DNA of 64,000 bases from Chiloscyllium plagiosum. Its lineage: Eukaryota. The stretch lies in the NCBI RefSeq assembly GCF_004010195.1, contig NC_057757.1:482367-546366 (forward strand), written 5' to 3'. Position numbers and translations under genes: made by a program. Each line of letters starts with the position of its first letter. The first letter of the stretch is position 1. Below are positions 1 to 13,869 of this stretch, piece by piece. The notes below the pieces were generated by a model, which did not search any database, was not told the DNA's origin, and saw only the letters and a program-made list of their open reading frames with translations.

Positions 1-399
1 AATCCAGGTAATTGAAGAAGCACTGGAGTTAATTTTATTTTTTCACAGTATATGAGCATTGCTATCAAGATCACTATTTGCTGCTCAGCACTTCATGTCC
101 TTGAACTAAGTTGTGAAACCATTCAAGAGGACAGTTAAGAGCCAACTACATTGGCTGTGAGTTCGGAGTCACTTAAAAGATTAGCCGATTTACTTCCCGA
201 AAGAACATTACTGAACCAGATGATTTTACAATAGTCAATAATAGTTTTATGGTTACTGTACTGATATTAGTTTTCGATTCAAGATTTTATAACTTAATTG
301 AATTTGAATCCTTGTCATCAGACCATCAGTTTGTGCTTCTCGATTACTAGTCCAATAATACTAGCATCTTGCCACAATCTTCCCAAACTATTGGCGAGT

Positions 400-945
400 C
401 AGTGCTTGGGGATTACCATGCTGTTGAAGTGTGAATACTAAGGGAGCACTGCACTGTTAGACAGGAAGTACTAGGCAAGTGCCACATTATTGGAGGGTCC
501 ATACTAAAGATGTGTTTCACCAATGCAGCATCAACACCAGAGGAATATCAAACTGTCAGAAAGATGGTACTGAGGTTGTGCCTACAGTTACAGGGTCAGG
601 ACTGAGGGAGTATTGCACTGCCAGAGTGGCAGTACTGAGGGAATGCAGCATTGTCTGATATGATGTCTTTTGGATAAAACATTAAACGAAAGAACCCATC
701 TGCTCTCTCAAGAGATATAAAATATCCCACTGCAACTATTTTGATGAAGAGCAGAGAAATTCGCCTTGGTGTCCTGGGCCGTGTTTATCATTGAATCAAA
801 ATCACTGAATCAAATGATCTGATAATGATCACATTGCTGTTTGTGGGAGCTTGCTGTGCTACAGCATACCAGTGACTACATGTCAAAATGGGTTGCATCA
901 CTGACTGTGAAGCATTTTGTGACAATCTGTGGTTGTGAAATTGGA
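400..945 (+). mobile_element. DeuSINE/SacSINE1-like SINE with degenerate internal 33-bp array
   Basis: Decayed tactgagggagtgctgcactgtc units, followed by Deu-domain-like sequence (cacattgctgtttgtgggagcttgctgtgc). Confidence 0.65.
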
Positions 946-2613
946 GACACAAATATTTCAAATTGTTTTTTTTAATCTGGTGCACTCAAGAGTGGCAACT
1001 GATGCAGAGTGCAGCATCTCAACATGATGAATCAGAACAAGATTGTTCTGTGGGCAGAGAGCAGAGAACAATGAGTAATCTGAATCAAATAAGTTCTTAC
1101 TTACTGTGAATTTATGAAAGGCCTGGCTCTTCCTTCCCAGCTACCTGTGTTGTGCAGATTGCATCTGCAGATTGGGCTTTTGTTAAAAGTGCAACTTGAC
1201 CAAATATCAAAACTATGCAGAGACAATTGCTAAGAAAAGGTACATTTCCCTTTTGAAACCCCAGCGTGTTTTTCCAACTACACTGAGGGCTATTTTGCAA
1301 GTTGCACAAGAGACTTCACCACATCTCAGAAATGTCTGAAAGTGCCTCACAAGCACTGGATTTACTGTGAAGAGTTAATGTTCTTATAATGACGTGTTGC
1401 AGCTGAGTTGAGAGAAGTGAAATGGTTCCTCTCTTTGTCCCACTCCTCAACTGGTAGGTGATATTGCCAATTACATATCCATCTGTATTTGGCTCACTAT
1501 CAGAAACAAGTCTGCCAAGTTCTTTTAGTAACAAAGTAATAACTAGCTAATTTGAAACAAAACTCACTTGAGCAAAGGTGTAAAGATTATTAACAAAAAA
1601 CTTAAAGTGTGCAAATAAATGCAGGTACTGTTCTTGAAAACTGATACATATGCACCCACAACCTCCAAGTGCAGGATAGACATAAACTTTGCAGAGTATC
1701 ATCCTGAAAGTACTTTGGCCAAATTAAAGTTAAATTAAGTAAAGAACATCACAGATTGTCCAAATGTTGGCTATATTCAGAATTACATTAGACACATGCT
1801 GTTGGCATTGGGGCGTGTTTCTGGCGAGCTGATTTTGCAGACAGTGTGACAGATTCTGAATTTTCCCTAAGGAACCCTCCACTCGGGTTGATGAAGCTTT
1901 CCAGTGGGTTTTCAATTCACAAACTTTGATGAAATGGGTTTCAGAGAAAGACAAGGGATGGGCAAAGTCTGCTGCTTCAGGTAAGTTAGCTCACTGACTT
2001 AAGTTTGAAACCAATGGCTTCATTACATTCACAGACAGGGTCCTAGAGCTTTCTCAGAAAGTGTTGTCGCCTCAGTGACTCCAGTCAAACAGTTTGTATA
2101 CTTTGCAAGTGCAAACCTTTTTCCTGCTGCAGCCAGGACTTTTGTGCTGTTTCCAAAAGGTCCAACATATAGATATATGCCCCAGTCATTGGTATTCTGA
2201 ATTAACACTTCAAATAATATATCTTCACCACAGATGCCACCATCAGTTTAAATCTTCTCAAAATCCTGAATGTCAAATTTAAGTGACTGCACCCAACTAA
2301 GCAACCTGCCACCATTTTGGAAGCCTCAGAGAAAATGGGCTCCATGCAGCCTCCTCCCATGTCAATGTGCTTCGGAAATTATTATGTCCCATGTTACGGT
2401 CAAACCCTTGCTAAAACAAAATCACCGCAGTTCATCGAACCCTCTATCTGAATCAAACAAAAACAGAGATTGCTTGAGATACTATACCTAGGCATAAATC
2501 TTCGGTACAAAACGAAGAATAAAAAAGAAAAGCAGTTTCATTACTTGACAGTGATTCATAGAATAAGTTAGAAATAAGACATAGTTAAAAGGACAGACAT
2601 GATCATCAGACAG

Positions 2614-2740
2614 GCGAAAGTGAGGACTGCAGATGCTGGAGATTAGAGTCGAGAGTGTGGTGCTGGAAAAGCACAGCAGGTTAGGCAGCATCCAAGAAGA
2701 AGGAAAATAGATGTTTCAGGCAAAAACCCTTCGTCAGATA
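2614..2740 (-). mobile_element. Penelope-like terminal-repeat fragment with hammerhead-like core
   Basis: Same family as 42130-42255. Minus strand reads CTGACGA-aggg/cct stem-GAAAC (2737-2713). Confidence 0.6.
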
Positions 2741-2879
2741 ACCAAATTACAAATAAACATTACACTGCAGTAGCTCAGTGCAGGGACTTCCACACATAGT
2801 CTGACCATAACACTAACTATCCCCACCCTATTAAAGCTCCAGTCTGCTGTGCACCAGCTCTCAGCTGCTCCAAGGTAAG

Positions 2880-3815
2880 TATTGGATTGAAAATTGGTTG
2901 GCTAATAGGAAACAAAGGGTAGTGATAAACGGCTCCATTTCGGAAAGGCAGGCAGTGACCAGTGGGGTACCGCAGGGATCCGTGCTGGGACCACAGCTTT
3001 TTACAATATATGTTAATGATATAGAAGATGGTATCAGCAATAACATTAGCAAATTTGCTGATGATACAAAGCTGGGTGGCAGGGTGAAANNNNNNNNNNN
3101 NNNNNNNNNNNNNNNNNNNNNNNNNNNNNNNNNNNNNNNNNNNNNNNNNNNNNNNNNNNNNNNNNNNNNNNNNNNNNNNNNNNNNNNNNNNNNNNNNNNN
3201 NNNNNNNNNNNNNNNNNNNNNNNNNNNNNNNNNNNNNNNNNNNNNNNNNNNNNNNNNNNNNNNNNNNNNNNNNNNNNNNNNNNNNNNNNNNNNNNNNNNN
3301 NNNNNNNNNNNNNNNNNNNNNNNNNNNNNNNNNNNNNNNNNNNNNNNNNNNNNNNNNNNNNNNNNNNNNNNNNNNNNNNNNNNNNNNNNNNNNNNNNNNN
3401 NNNNNNNNNNNNNNNNNNNNNNNNNNNNNNNNNNNNNNNNNNNNNNNNNNNNNNNNNNNNNNNNNNNNNNNNNNNNNNNNNNNNNNNNNNNNNNNNNNNN
3501 NNNNNNNNNNNNNNNNNNNNNNNNNNNNNNNNNNNNNNNNNNNNNNNNNNNNNNNNNNNNNNNNNNNNNNNNNNNNNNNNTTCACCCAGTGAGTGGTGGC
3601 TGTGTGGAATGCTCTGCCCCAGAGGGCAGTGGAGGCCCACTCTCTGGATTCATTTAAGAAAGAGTTGGATAGAGCTCTCAAAGATAGTGGAATCAAGGGT
3701 TATGGAGATAAGGCAGGAACAGGATACTGATTAGGAATGATCAGCCATGATTATCTTGAATGGCGGTGCAGGCTCGAAGGGCTGAATGGCCTACTCCTGC
3801 ACCTATTGTCTATTG
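2880..3815 (+). mobile_element. CR1-clade LINE 3' part (reverse transcriptase), spanning an assembly gap
   Basis: VTSGVPQGSVLGPQLF...KFADDTKLGG; CR1 3' end after the gap with a short ctattgt repeat tail. Confidence 0.85.
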
Positions 3816-3839
3816 TCTATTTCTGAGACTTACTCCCCA

Positions 3840-5165
3840 CTCTGGCCTCTGCTCCAGGGCAGCTGCTCCGCGCCAGCCTCCACTCTGGGATTTGCTTCCC
3901 CACACCAGCCTAGGCTATCGAACTGCTTCCCCACAGCAGCCTCTGCTCCAGAGCTGCTTCCCCTGCATCAGCCTCTGCTCCAGGACTGCTTCCCCTGCAC
4001 CAGCCTCTGCTCCAGGACTTCTTCCCCAACCCAGCCTCTGCTCCAGGACTGCTTCCCCACCCCAGCCTCTGCTCCAGGACTGCTTCCCCACAGTAGCCTC
4101 TGCTCCAGGACTGCTTCCCCACCCCAGCCTCTGCTCCAGGACTGCTTCCCCATGCCAGCCTCTGCTCCATGCACCAGCCCCTGTTCCAGAACAGCTCCCT
4201 GCACCAGCCTCTGCTCCAGGACTGCTCCATGCACCAGCCTCTGCTCCAGAACTGCTCCCTGCACCCACCCTGCTCCAGAACTGCTCCCTGCACCAGCCCC
4301 TGCTCCAGAACTGCTCCCTGCACCAGCCTCTGCTCCAGGACTGCACCCTGCATCAGTCTCTGCTCCAGGACTGCTTCTCCACGGCAGCCTCTGCTCCAGG
4401 ACTGCTTCCCCACGGCAGCCTCTGCTCCAGGACTGCTTCCCCATGCCAGCCCACGGCAGCCTCTGCTCCAGGACTGCTTCCCCATGCCAGCCTCTGCTCC
4501 AGAACTACTTCCCCTGCACCAGCCTCTGCTCCAGGACTGCTTCCCCTGCACCAGCCTCTGCTCCAGGATTGCTTCCCCACGGCAGCCTCTGCTCCAGGAC
4601 TGATTCCCTGCACCAGCCTCTGCTCCAGGACCGCTTCCCCTGCACCAGCCTCTGCTCCAGGACTGCTTCCCCATGGCAGCCTCTGCTCCAGGACTGCTTC
4701 CCCGAGCCAGCCTCTGCTCCAGGACTGCGTCCCCTGCACCAGCCTCTGCTCCAGGACTGCTTCCCCGTGCCAGCCTCTGCTCCAGGACTGCTTCCCCTGC
4801 ACCAGCCTCTGCTCCAGGACTGCTTCCCCGTGCCAGCCTCTGCTCCAGGACTGCTTCCCCGAGCCAGCCTCTGCTCCAGGACTGCTTCCCCTGAACCAGC
4901 CTCTGCTCCAGGACTGCTTCCCCTGAACCAGCCTCTGCTCCAGGACTGCTTCCCCTCACTGGCCTCTGCTCCGGGACTGTTCCCTGCACCAGCCTCTGCT
5001 CCAGGACTGCTTCCCCTGCACCAGCCTCTGCTCCAGGACTGCTTTTCCTCACTGGCCTCTGCTCCGGGACTGCTTCCGGGCTCCAGCCTCCCCCCGGGAC
5101 TCAATTTCCCGCACCTGCCTCCACTCTGGGACTGTTTCTCCCCCCCCATCCTCTGCTCCAGGATT
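3840..5165. repeat. GC-rich minisatellite, unit about 29-32 bp (ccagcctctgctccaggactgcttcccctgca), roughly 40 copies
   Basis: Direct inspection; explains the overlapping repetitive ORFs on both strands. Confidence 0.95.
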
Positions 5166-6739
5166 CGCCAGCTCCTCCATATTTCTCCAGGTATGTCTAA
5201 GTCATTAGGTGAAAAATAACTGCAGAAATGGGGGAGAAAAGAGAGGAAAAAGGAAAAGAATGGGCAGAGCCGAGTAGCTCCGGCTGGAGTGTCTTACTCT
5301 ACCGGCATCATGTTTGTCCTTGGGACTGAGGGTCCATTTCTCAGCTTAGCAAGCTGAGAATTTCTAACAAAGGAAAACACTGTTTCAGACAAAAGAATCA
5401 GGGGGTGGTAGTGGGTCGAAAGCAACTCTGAGCAATTCCACAAGTACTGAATTACTGCAGATACGGGAAATAGCACCTTTACACATTTCAGTGCAAAGAT
5501 TCAAAATGTTTTTTGTGGTTTCATTTTTTTTTTGCCTGATTGCTGCATGTACAGTAAATGGGAATCCACCAGAGACCTTCTCAGCTCAGCATATATTCAC
5601 AGCATTTCTTCCTCATTTTTTGTATAGGAAGTACAGTCCTCTCAAAACCCGTGACTTCTACCAATCTGGGCGAAGGGCAGCAGGAGCATAGAAACGCTCC
5701 TGAACTGGACAATTATATTTGACTCTTCACCATTGCTAGGTCAAGATACTAGAAATTCCTCACAGTCAGCACTGTTGGAGCACCTCCATCACATAGGTGT
5801 TGGCGGTTCAAGATGATGCACCAGCATCTTCCCAAGGGGCATCTAGGAGTGAGCCATAAATGCTAGACCAACCAGCGAGGCTCACAACCTGTGAATTAGT
5901 TACAAACTGACCTCCATGAAAAGGTTACCAATGCTGAGCAACTAGTGTGTGGGTGCAAGGGGAGGGTTAGACTTGATTGTAACCCTCACAGAAACTGGCC
6001 ACTGGGGGAAGGGTTGCCAGAGAATCACTAGCACATTTGTGGAAATGCAAATGAAAAGCTAAGAAGGCCATGATCAAGCTCATCACCTGACAAGTCACCC
6101 TCTCCAATTCAAACTGCGCAGGTGTCTGCCATGAAAGGGAAGGAAATGGGGTAAGATGAAAATGAATCTTTGCTTATCAGGATGAAGTTATATAGCAGTA
6201 TGACACGTTTAGAGCAGAGCTGTTCTTACTGGTAAGTACCTTATGCAAATATGTCTGTTCACTAGGTACTAAAATTGAAACTACTTTCCATCTCTTTCTG
6301 TAAATGTCATTCATTATTATCTGTTGAAGAGTAAAGACCATCTGTGAAGCACTCTGAAATGAGCAGTACCATATGATTTCCAGAGGTCAGCCTACTCACT
6401 GAGTTTCTATGTGGATTATATTCTGAAAAAGAGTGAAAAGTCTATAAATCCAAGATTTGTCACCAAATATTTGAGAATGACCATTTTTTTGTGAATTACT
6501 ATCCTCTCCTGACAGTTCTCTAATCAAAGGCTTCCTCTAGAATCCAGTCTATATTTGTGTCTAAGTTTATTTGTCAGATGCATTGAAACCAGATTATTAT
6601 TTAAGTGACTGAAGAGACTGGAATGAGATGCCAGTTCTGCTGCCTGAGGATGCCTACGTTAGTGTGACAGGTATAACACTTCATCAAATTACACACTTCT
6701 GTTACACAGCCTCACTAAATCCTAAATTGCTTTACAGTG

Positions 6740-8185
6740 GATGTTTGAAGTGCAATGAATGTGTAATGAGGAAATATGGCATCTAATTATCATATAGCAA
6801 ATTCCCACAAACGACAAAATGAAAATAACTGGATTATCCATTTTTAGTGATGTTGGTTGAGAACACAGGACAAAAGAGAGGGGTCCCCTACTCCTCTATT
6901 CCACGCTCTTGAAAGGACAGATAGGCTTCGGTATAATTTTTTTTTCCCTGAAAGAATGCATCTCTCACAGGGCAGAGCTCCCTTGTTATTTAGCTTCTGA
7001 AAGTGCAGAATTTCTAAGTAGGAACCCTCCAACAGCACAGCACTAACCATCCATCAGTTCTGCACTCCCTCAGCACTGACCCTCCCATAGTGTGGAGCTC
7101 CCTCAGTACTGACCCTCCGGCAGTGTGGCAGTCCCTGAGTACTGACCCTCCAACAGTCGGTGCTCCCTCAGCACTGACCCTCCAACAGTGCAGCACTCCC
7201 TCCGCACTGACCTTCCAAAAGTGCGGCACTTCCTCAGCATTGACCCTCCGACAGTGCAGCACTCCCTCAGCACTGACTCTCGAAAAGTGCAGCACTCCCT
7301 TGGCACTAACCCTCTTGACAGTGCCCGCTCCCTCAGCATTGACCCTGTAACAATGCGACACTCGCTCAACACTGACCCTCTTGACAGTGCAATGCTCCCT
7401 CAGCACTGCCTCTCCAACAGAGCAGTGCTCCCTCAGAACTGACCCTCTGAAAATGTGGCACTCTGTCAGCACTGACCTCCAACAATGCAGCACACCCTCA
7501 GCACTGACATTTCAACAGTGCAATGTTCCATTAGCATTCACCCTTTGACAGAGTGGCACTCGCTCAGCACTGACCCTCTGACACTATGTCACTCGCTCAG
7601 CACTGACCCTCCGACAGTGTAGTGCTCCCCCAGTACTGCCCCCTGACAGTGCAGTGTTCCCTCAGCACTGATACACATGTAGTACAGCACTCCCTCAGCA
7701 ATGACCCTCCAACAGTGTGGCACTCCCTTAGTACTGACCCTCCAACAGTGCAGTGCTCCCTCAGCACTTACCCTCCAACAGCACAGTGCTCCCTCAGCAC
7801 TGATTGTCCAACAATGCAGCACTCCATCAGAACTGACCCTCTGAAAGTGCGGCACTCCCTCAGAACTGACCATCGAACAATGCAGTGTTCCATTAGCATT
7901 CACCCTTTCACAGAGCGACACTTGCTCAGCACTGACCCTCCAACAGTGTAGTACTCCCCAGTATTGAACCTCCAACGGTGCGGCGTTCCCTCAGCGCTGA
8001 TACATCTGTCGTACAACACTCCCTCAGCACTGACCCTCCAACAGTGTGGCGCTCCCTTAGTACTGACCATCCAACCGTGCAGCGTTCCCTCAGCACTGAC
8101 CCACCAACAGCGTGGCACGCCCTCAGTAATTACTTTCCAAAAGTGCGGCACTCCCTCAGCACTGACCCTCCAATAGTTCAGTAAT
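6740..8185 (-). mobile_element. DeuSINE-like element with expanded 33-bp array (array about 7020-8180)
   Basis: Reverse-complement Deu tail at 6740-6900 runs into cactccctcagcactgaccctccaacagtg units. Confidence 0.75.
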
Positions 8186-8284
8186 CCCTGAGCAGCATTT
8201 TTTCTAATTTTTGTACTGGCTCTGCATGGCCTCTGAGGGCCATGCGCATAACAGGAAGCAAAGAATAATCGAAAGTAGAAAGTA

Positions 8285-8835
8285 AGTCATAGAGTCATTG
8301 AGATGTACAGCACAGAAACAGATCCTTCGGTTCAACTTAACCAACTCGACCATCCAGTCCCATTTGCCAGCATTTGGCCCATATCCCTCTAAACCCTTCC
8401 TAATCATATATCCATCCAGATGCCTTTTCAATGTTGTAATTGTACCAGCCTCCACCACTTCCTTTGGCAGCTCATTCCATACACGCACCACCCTCTGTGT
8501 GAAAATGTCACCCCTTAGGTCCCTTTTAAATCTTTCTCACTCGCCTTAAACCTATGCCCTCTAATTCTGGATTCCCGTACCTCAGTGAAAAGACCTTGTC
8601 TATTTATCCTATCGATGCCCGTCGTGATTCTATAAACTTCTACAAGGTCACTCCTCAGCCTCTGACACTCCAGGAAAACAGTCCTCGCCTTTTCAGCCTC
8701 TCCCTATAGCTTAAACTCTGCAACATCCTTGTAAATCTTTTCTGAACCCTTTCAAGTTTCACAACATTCTTCCGATAGGAGGGAGACCAGAATTGCACAC
8801 AATATTCCAAAAGTGGCCTAACCCATGTCATGTAC
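8285..8835 (-). mobile_element. CR1/HER1 LINE 3' fragment
   Basis: RPLLEYCVQFWSP...LERVQKRFTRM and VRVWNELPKEVVEAG translations. Confidence 0.85.
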
Positions 8836-8849
8836 AGATGCATTAAACG

Positions 8850-9380
8850 TGGCAAGACTTGAAGGGAGAGCAGTTAATATAGCAGACAGTATCCTGGACT
8901 CTCTTAGTAATGGTGTAGAGTATAGCAGCAAGGAGGTCTTTCTGGACTTGAATATGATACTAATTAGACTTCAGCTGAAGTATTCTATACAGTTCTGGAC
9001 ACCATACTTTAGGAATGATGTGAATGCACTGCAGAAAATGATCACAGGAATGAAAAACTTCAGTGACAAAGACAGATTGGAGAAGTCAGGACTTTACTCC
9101 TTGGAGAGGAGAACACTAAAAGGAGATTTGATCCAGGTTTTCAAAACCATGAGGAGCTGGACAGAGCAGACAGGCAGAAACCACTTCAGTTCACATTAAG
9201 GTCAAGGACAAGGGAGCACAGATTTAAGGTGGTTTGCAAACGGATGCATGAGATATGAGAAAAACCTTTACACACAGTGAGTCGTTCGAGTCTGGAAAAC
9301 ACTGTGGAATTATTGTATCAGCAGGTTCAAATTAGGTATTCAAGAGGGCATTAGGTGACTGTATACAAACAATGTGCAGG
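8850..9380 (+). mobile_element. Degenerate CR1 LINE fragment
   Basis: LKYSIQFWTPYFRND...GLYSLERRTLKGDLIQVFK. Confidence 0.75.
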
Positions 9381-9389
9381 AGAACACCC

Positions 9390-9945
9390 ATAGCTTCAAG
9401 AAAGTTCTTTTCATTTCAGGTTTTGCAAAAGTCTTGTCTGAAACAGGAAGCATAGGACAGTTGCTCTTGAAGAAAGGGGAGTTTAAGGTTAACTCAGTGT
9501 AAGGAGTTTAGTTTGAAAGATCCAGACCAGATGTGTTTTGTTAAAATCCACTAGAGATTATTTGAAGCTGAGAAATTCTAAGATCAGTTCCAAGGAAGAG
9601 ACTACCAGATTATGAAGACGAAGAATTGAAGCCACAGTTAAATGAAGCCTCAAGAGGGGAATTCTCTCTTGTGTGAGTACTCAAAAGGACTGCTGTTAGT
9701 CCTAATGGGATTATATTTGACCATGTTTCAAAATCTTTCAATTTGTGTTATATGTAAATATTTTGGTTTACTCTATTTTGATTTTTATTATACATAATAA
9801 ATTTGTTTTCTTGTTAAACTAAATTTGCAACATTTCAATGTAGGGCCACCTCGTACAAACCAAAACAAAAATATGACCTATCAAGCCAGATTTCATTTTG
9901 GGATCTGACTTGTCAAGCAATAACATCAGCTGGGAATCGTAGCAC
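9390..9945 (+). mobile_element. Possible solo LTR remnant
   Basis: AT-rich block with AATAAA, ending gctgggaatcgtagca, which resembles LTR 3' termini. No partner LTR seen. Confidence 0.3.
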
Positions 9946-10019
9946 TCTCAATCAGCTTTCTATTTCTTTAATCACCTCTTCTCACTTTAACTTTCCTCTA
10001 TTTTCTTCTATCTCACACT

Positions 10020-10540
10020 CCAGGAAGGGCATACTGGCACTGGAGCGTGTCCAGGGGAAATTCACACGGGTGATCCCTGGAATAGTAGGCCTAACATACG
10101 ATGAACGGCTGACGATCCTGGGATTGTATTCATTAGAGTTTAGAAGGTTGAGGGGAGATCTAATAGAAACTTTCTAGATAATGCATGGCTTAAAAAGGGT
10201 GGATACTGAGAAATTATTTCCGTCAGGCGGGGATACTAGGACTAGTGGGCACAGCTTTAAAATTAGAGGGGGTCAATTTAGAACGGAAATGAGTAAACAT
10301 TTCTTCAGCCAGAGAGTGGTGGACCTGTGGAATTCGTTGCCACGGTGCGCAGTGGAGGCCGGGACATTAAATGTCTTCAAGGCAGAGATTGATAAATTCT
10401 TGATCTCGCAAGGAATTAAGGGATACTAGGAGAGTGCAGATAAGTAGTGTTGAAATGCCCATCAGCAATCACTGAATGGCAGAGTTGACTCGATGGGCCG
10501 AATGGCCTTACTTCCACTCTTATTTCTAATGGTCTTAAGA
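10020..10540 (+). mobile_element. CR1 LINE 3' fragment
   Basis: HSFKIRGGQFRTE..FFSQRVVDLWNSLP. Confidence 0.85.
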
Positions 10541-12146
10541 TCACTCTTTCCCCTCAAACTGTCGGGGTAGCTCTCTGCTTCAACCACTCCCCATCAAAGC
10601 AAGTTCCATGATCTCACTTATTTTCCTGTGAGTAAAGAAATTCCTCCCAAACTCTTTATTCAACTGTTAATGGCAATCATATTTGTGATTTTGTCTGGAA
10701 ATTCCCTACCAGTGTAAAATTAGATGATGGGTGGGATTTTGAAAACACATTGGGACTGTTTTAGGGAAATTCCTTCATAACTATGATACTCACCACAACT
10801 CTTTGGAGCTACTAAGCAATCTATTACTGTTCATTTCCCAAGCCCTTGCCTTGACCGGAGAAGAAAGCTTCTTATCAACTGCCACTTGCAGTTTACTGGG
10901 GTGAGTGACTTTACCACTGAAACAAAACAAACTGAGGCTGTGACTGAAGACAGCTTTGCCAGTGAAGGCCATCCCCAAATCTTGGAAGTAGATGAGTGAG
11001 AATGTCACAGTTTGTACTGCTCTGGGGTATTTTTAGTATCCAAGTCACTCTGACTTGACTGATAATGAGATTATGTACTGATTTATAATGAAAGGATCAT
11101 CATGTGACATACAAAAGGATTCCTCTCCATGGGTTTAACAGTTGTAAATCCAAGACTTACTCCAAAGACTTTGGCATAGAACAGGGAATAGGACTTACTT
11201 GGAGGTGGGGGAGTGGGGGGGGGCTCCTTCTGAGCCATTATCATTCTAGGCTGCTGCTAAGGAATTGTTGTCTGATGGTAAAAACTCAACCAAAGTTCTT
11301 TAGCTTCCCTAAATCCCACCAGCTGGTGTGATATACATGTGACTCTATTTGTCAACTATATGGTTAAGCACCAATGGTCTAGCAAGTTCCTCAGCTAGTC
11401 TAGCGCATAAATATGTTGATACATCCTGAGATTTTAGGGTGGTCAAATCAGATTCCATGGAAATTTTAAATTCCAGGCACTTGAAGAGAACTTATCTTTG
11501 CACAGCTGTGGAGAAAACCATGGAGTGCAGGAATAATTGGATACAGGATTTCTTTCAAAGAACAAGGTGGCTTGAATGGTTCTTTTCTCTGTGACATAAA
11601 ATTTTTATTAAATTAACTTTTTTCTATAAAATGCAGGAGTGAGTTTAATACAAGCTTTAAGGAAGCATTTGTACTTAGTTATTTCTACATTTCTAACTAG
11701 GACCATTTAACTTGATAGATTTAGGAAATGATTGCATGACCTGGTGAGTCTTCAGTTGATAAGAGACTTTGTTCAACCAGCTCATTTAAGTTACCATCCT
11801 GAATGATTACAAAAACACTATCTCGGGTTTTACCAAGCCTGTGGGAGATGAGAAAGCAAATGTTGCAGATATTGAAATCAGATAGAAATTGGTTTTAAAA
11901 ATGCAGTGTGTTCATATCTTTATATGAGATGGTTTTATTTACTATCATGCTGTTCCTGGTCTCACATAGGATACAGTAACTTCGGTATGAACACTGAGGC
12001 AATTAAAGTTGCCCTTTTTAAAGGCAGAATTATTAAGATACTAAAAAACTTACATGTATACTAATGAACAAGCAAATATTCTGATATGTATTTCCTGTTC
12101 TGTTGCTTAATTGATAGTTGCATCACAGTCCTTACATTTAAAAAAT

Positions 12147-12452
12147 GGGCGGCACAGTGGCACAGTGGTTAGCACTGCTGCCTCACAGCGCCAGAGACCC
12201 GGGTTCAATTCCCGCCTCAGGCGACTGACTGTGTGGAGTTTGCACGTTCTCCCCGTGTCTGCGTGGGTTTCCTCTGGGTGCTCCGGTTTCCTCCCACAGT
12301 CCAAAGATGTGCAGGTCAGGTGAATTAGCCATGCTAAATTGCCTGTAGTGTTAGGTAAGGGGTAAATGTAGGGGTAGGGGTGGGTTGAGCTTCGGCGGGG
12401 CGGTGTGGACTTGTTGGGCCGAAGGGCCTGTTTCCACTCTAATCTAATCTAT
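12147..12452 (+). mobile_element. HE1-type V-SINE, near full length
   Basis: tRNA-like head (tggcacagtggttagc...ggttcaattcc), V-domain gtgtggagtttgcacgttctccccgtg, CR1-like tail and aatct repeats. Confidence 0.9.
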
Positions 12453-12621
12453 ATGGGAACCTTATCGTTATCTGGAAGATTACTGTCATATATTTCTATT
12501 GGTCAACGTGGGGGTATTGCAGGATAATGTAATACACATCATATTGCGTCCATGCTGTACATCTCTACGACTATGATTCTATAAATTCAAGGACTTGGAA
12601 ATGCTGTAAAGTTGGGGTGAT

Positions 12622-12895
12622 CAGATGGCACAGTGGTTAGCCCTGCTGCCTCACAGTGCCAGGGAACTGGATTTGATTCCACCCTTGGGGGACTGTCTGT
12701 GTGGAGTTTGCACACTCTTCCCATGTCTGTGTGGGTTTCCTCTGATTCTCCAGTTTCCTCCTACAGTCCAAAGATGTGCAGATTAGGTGAAAGAAAACAC
12801 CACATGCTGGACTACAGGAGTTGGGTCTGTGTGGTATACCCTTTGGAGGGTCAGTGCAATCATTGGGTCAAATGGCCTCTTTCTGCATTGTAGAG
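12622..12895 (+). mobile_element. HE1-type SINE, diverged
   Basis: Similar to 12147-12452. Confidence 0.8.
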
Positions 12896-13869
12896 ATTCT
12901 ACATTCCTTGTTAAATCAGGTCAGAGATATGATAAAACACAATCCTTTACTTAGAACGCATTCAAGATTTAAGTACCAGGGACTTTCTCATGAGATTGTT
13001 AAGTGTGTGACATGACAAAGAAACACAGGCAATGTGAGAAAAGTTTCTTTTTACACATCTAGGTATGGCGATCTTGAGTGCACTGCCTGAAAGAGTGGTG
13101 GAAACACATTCAGTGGCAACTTTCAGAAGAGAACTGAATTGTTAAAGGGAACAACAATTACAGAACAAAGATGAAAGAGAACAGGAATGCAACTAATTGG
13201 GATAGCTCTCCCAAAGTGGGTTCCTCTGTGCTGGATTCTATGAGTTGTGTCTGTTTATGCCAGGCTCAGCAACAGTTGATCAAAAGTCCCCAAGACCCGG
13301 AACTTATTTTAAATTGATAATTAGTTACCACTGCCAAAGCTACTGTGTCTTAAATGTTTGGACCACATCTAGTTAATCTCCTTTCAACAGCAAAATTTAT
13401 TTTCAGGTCAATAACATCTCCAAGATCAGATGTGGTTTTGTTCTTTATGTCACCCAAGTATATTTACAATACAAGCCTATCCACCTGACGTATTTTCTCA
13501 TGATGCTTAATGATTCTAGGCCAAACATTGTCCTCCTATGACAGTCTACATTTTAAAAGTTGATCCAGGCTGGTCTACTTGGTGCACCTTCGTTTACACA
13601 GTCCCGGGTGTAGAACTGTGCAAGATCTACCTGCTCTGGCTGTGTTTACCTGAATTGACTCCCAGTCTGGCCTCAGTGCCTCCATTTTGAAATGCTTACT
13701 TTAATGTTCAAGTTCTGCTGTGGCTTCACCACCCCTTTACCTCTCTGTAGCCTCATGCAGTTTTACAGCCAATGTTCTCTCTGATATTCCTTTGCCATAC
13801 ATAGCCCATCTGTTGCAGTACACAATTTCTGTAAGGCTGTCTTGTGTTCTGTTTGTCTCTTTTTGTAAT

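Noticed and set aside
1841..1986. Plus-strand exon ending at a strong CAG|gtaagt donor (1980/1981)
   Set aside because: All three frames from the nearest acceptor contain stops and no partner exon was found; a non-coding exon cannot be excluded.
2861..3734. Long ORFs spanning N runs (also 25633-26358 and 44541-45177)
   Set aside because: Their length comes from untranslatable gap sequence.
3760..5219. 388, 477 and 380 aa ORFs as real proteins
   Set aside because: They come from a minisatellite that is open in several frames on both strands, with unit lengths not divisible by three.
12147..12220. tRNA gene
   Set aside because: It is the tRNA-derived head of an HE1-type SINE and continues into the V-domain and LINE-like tail.
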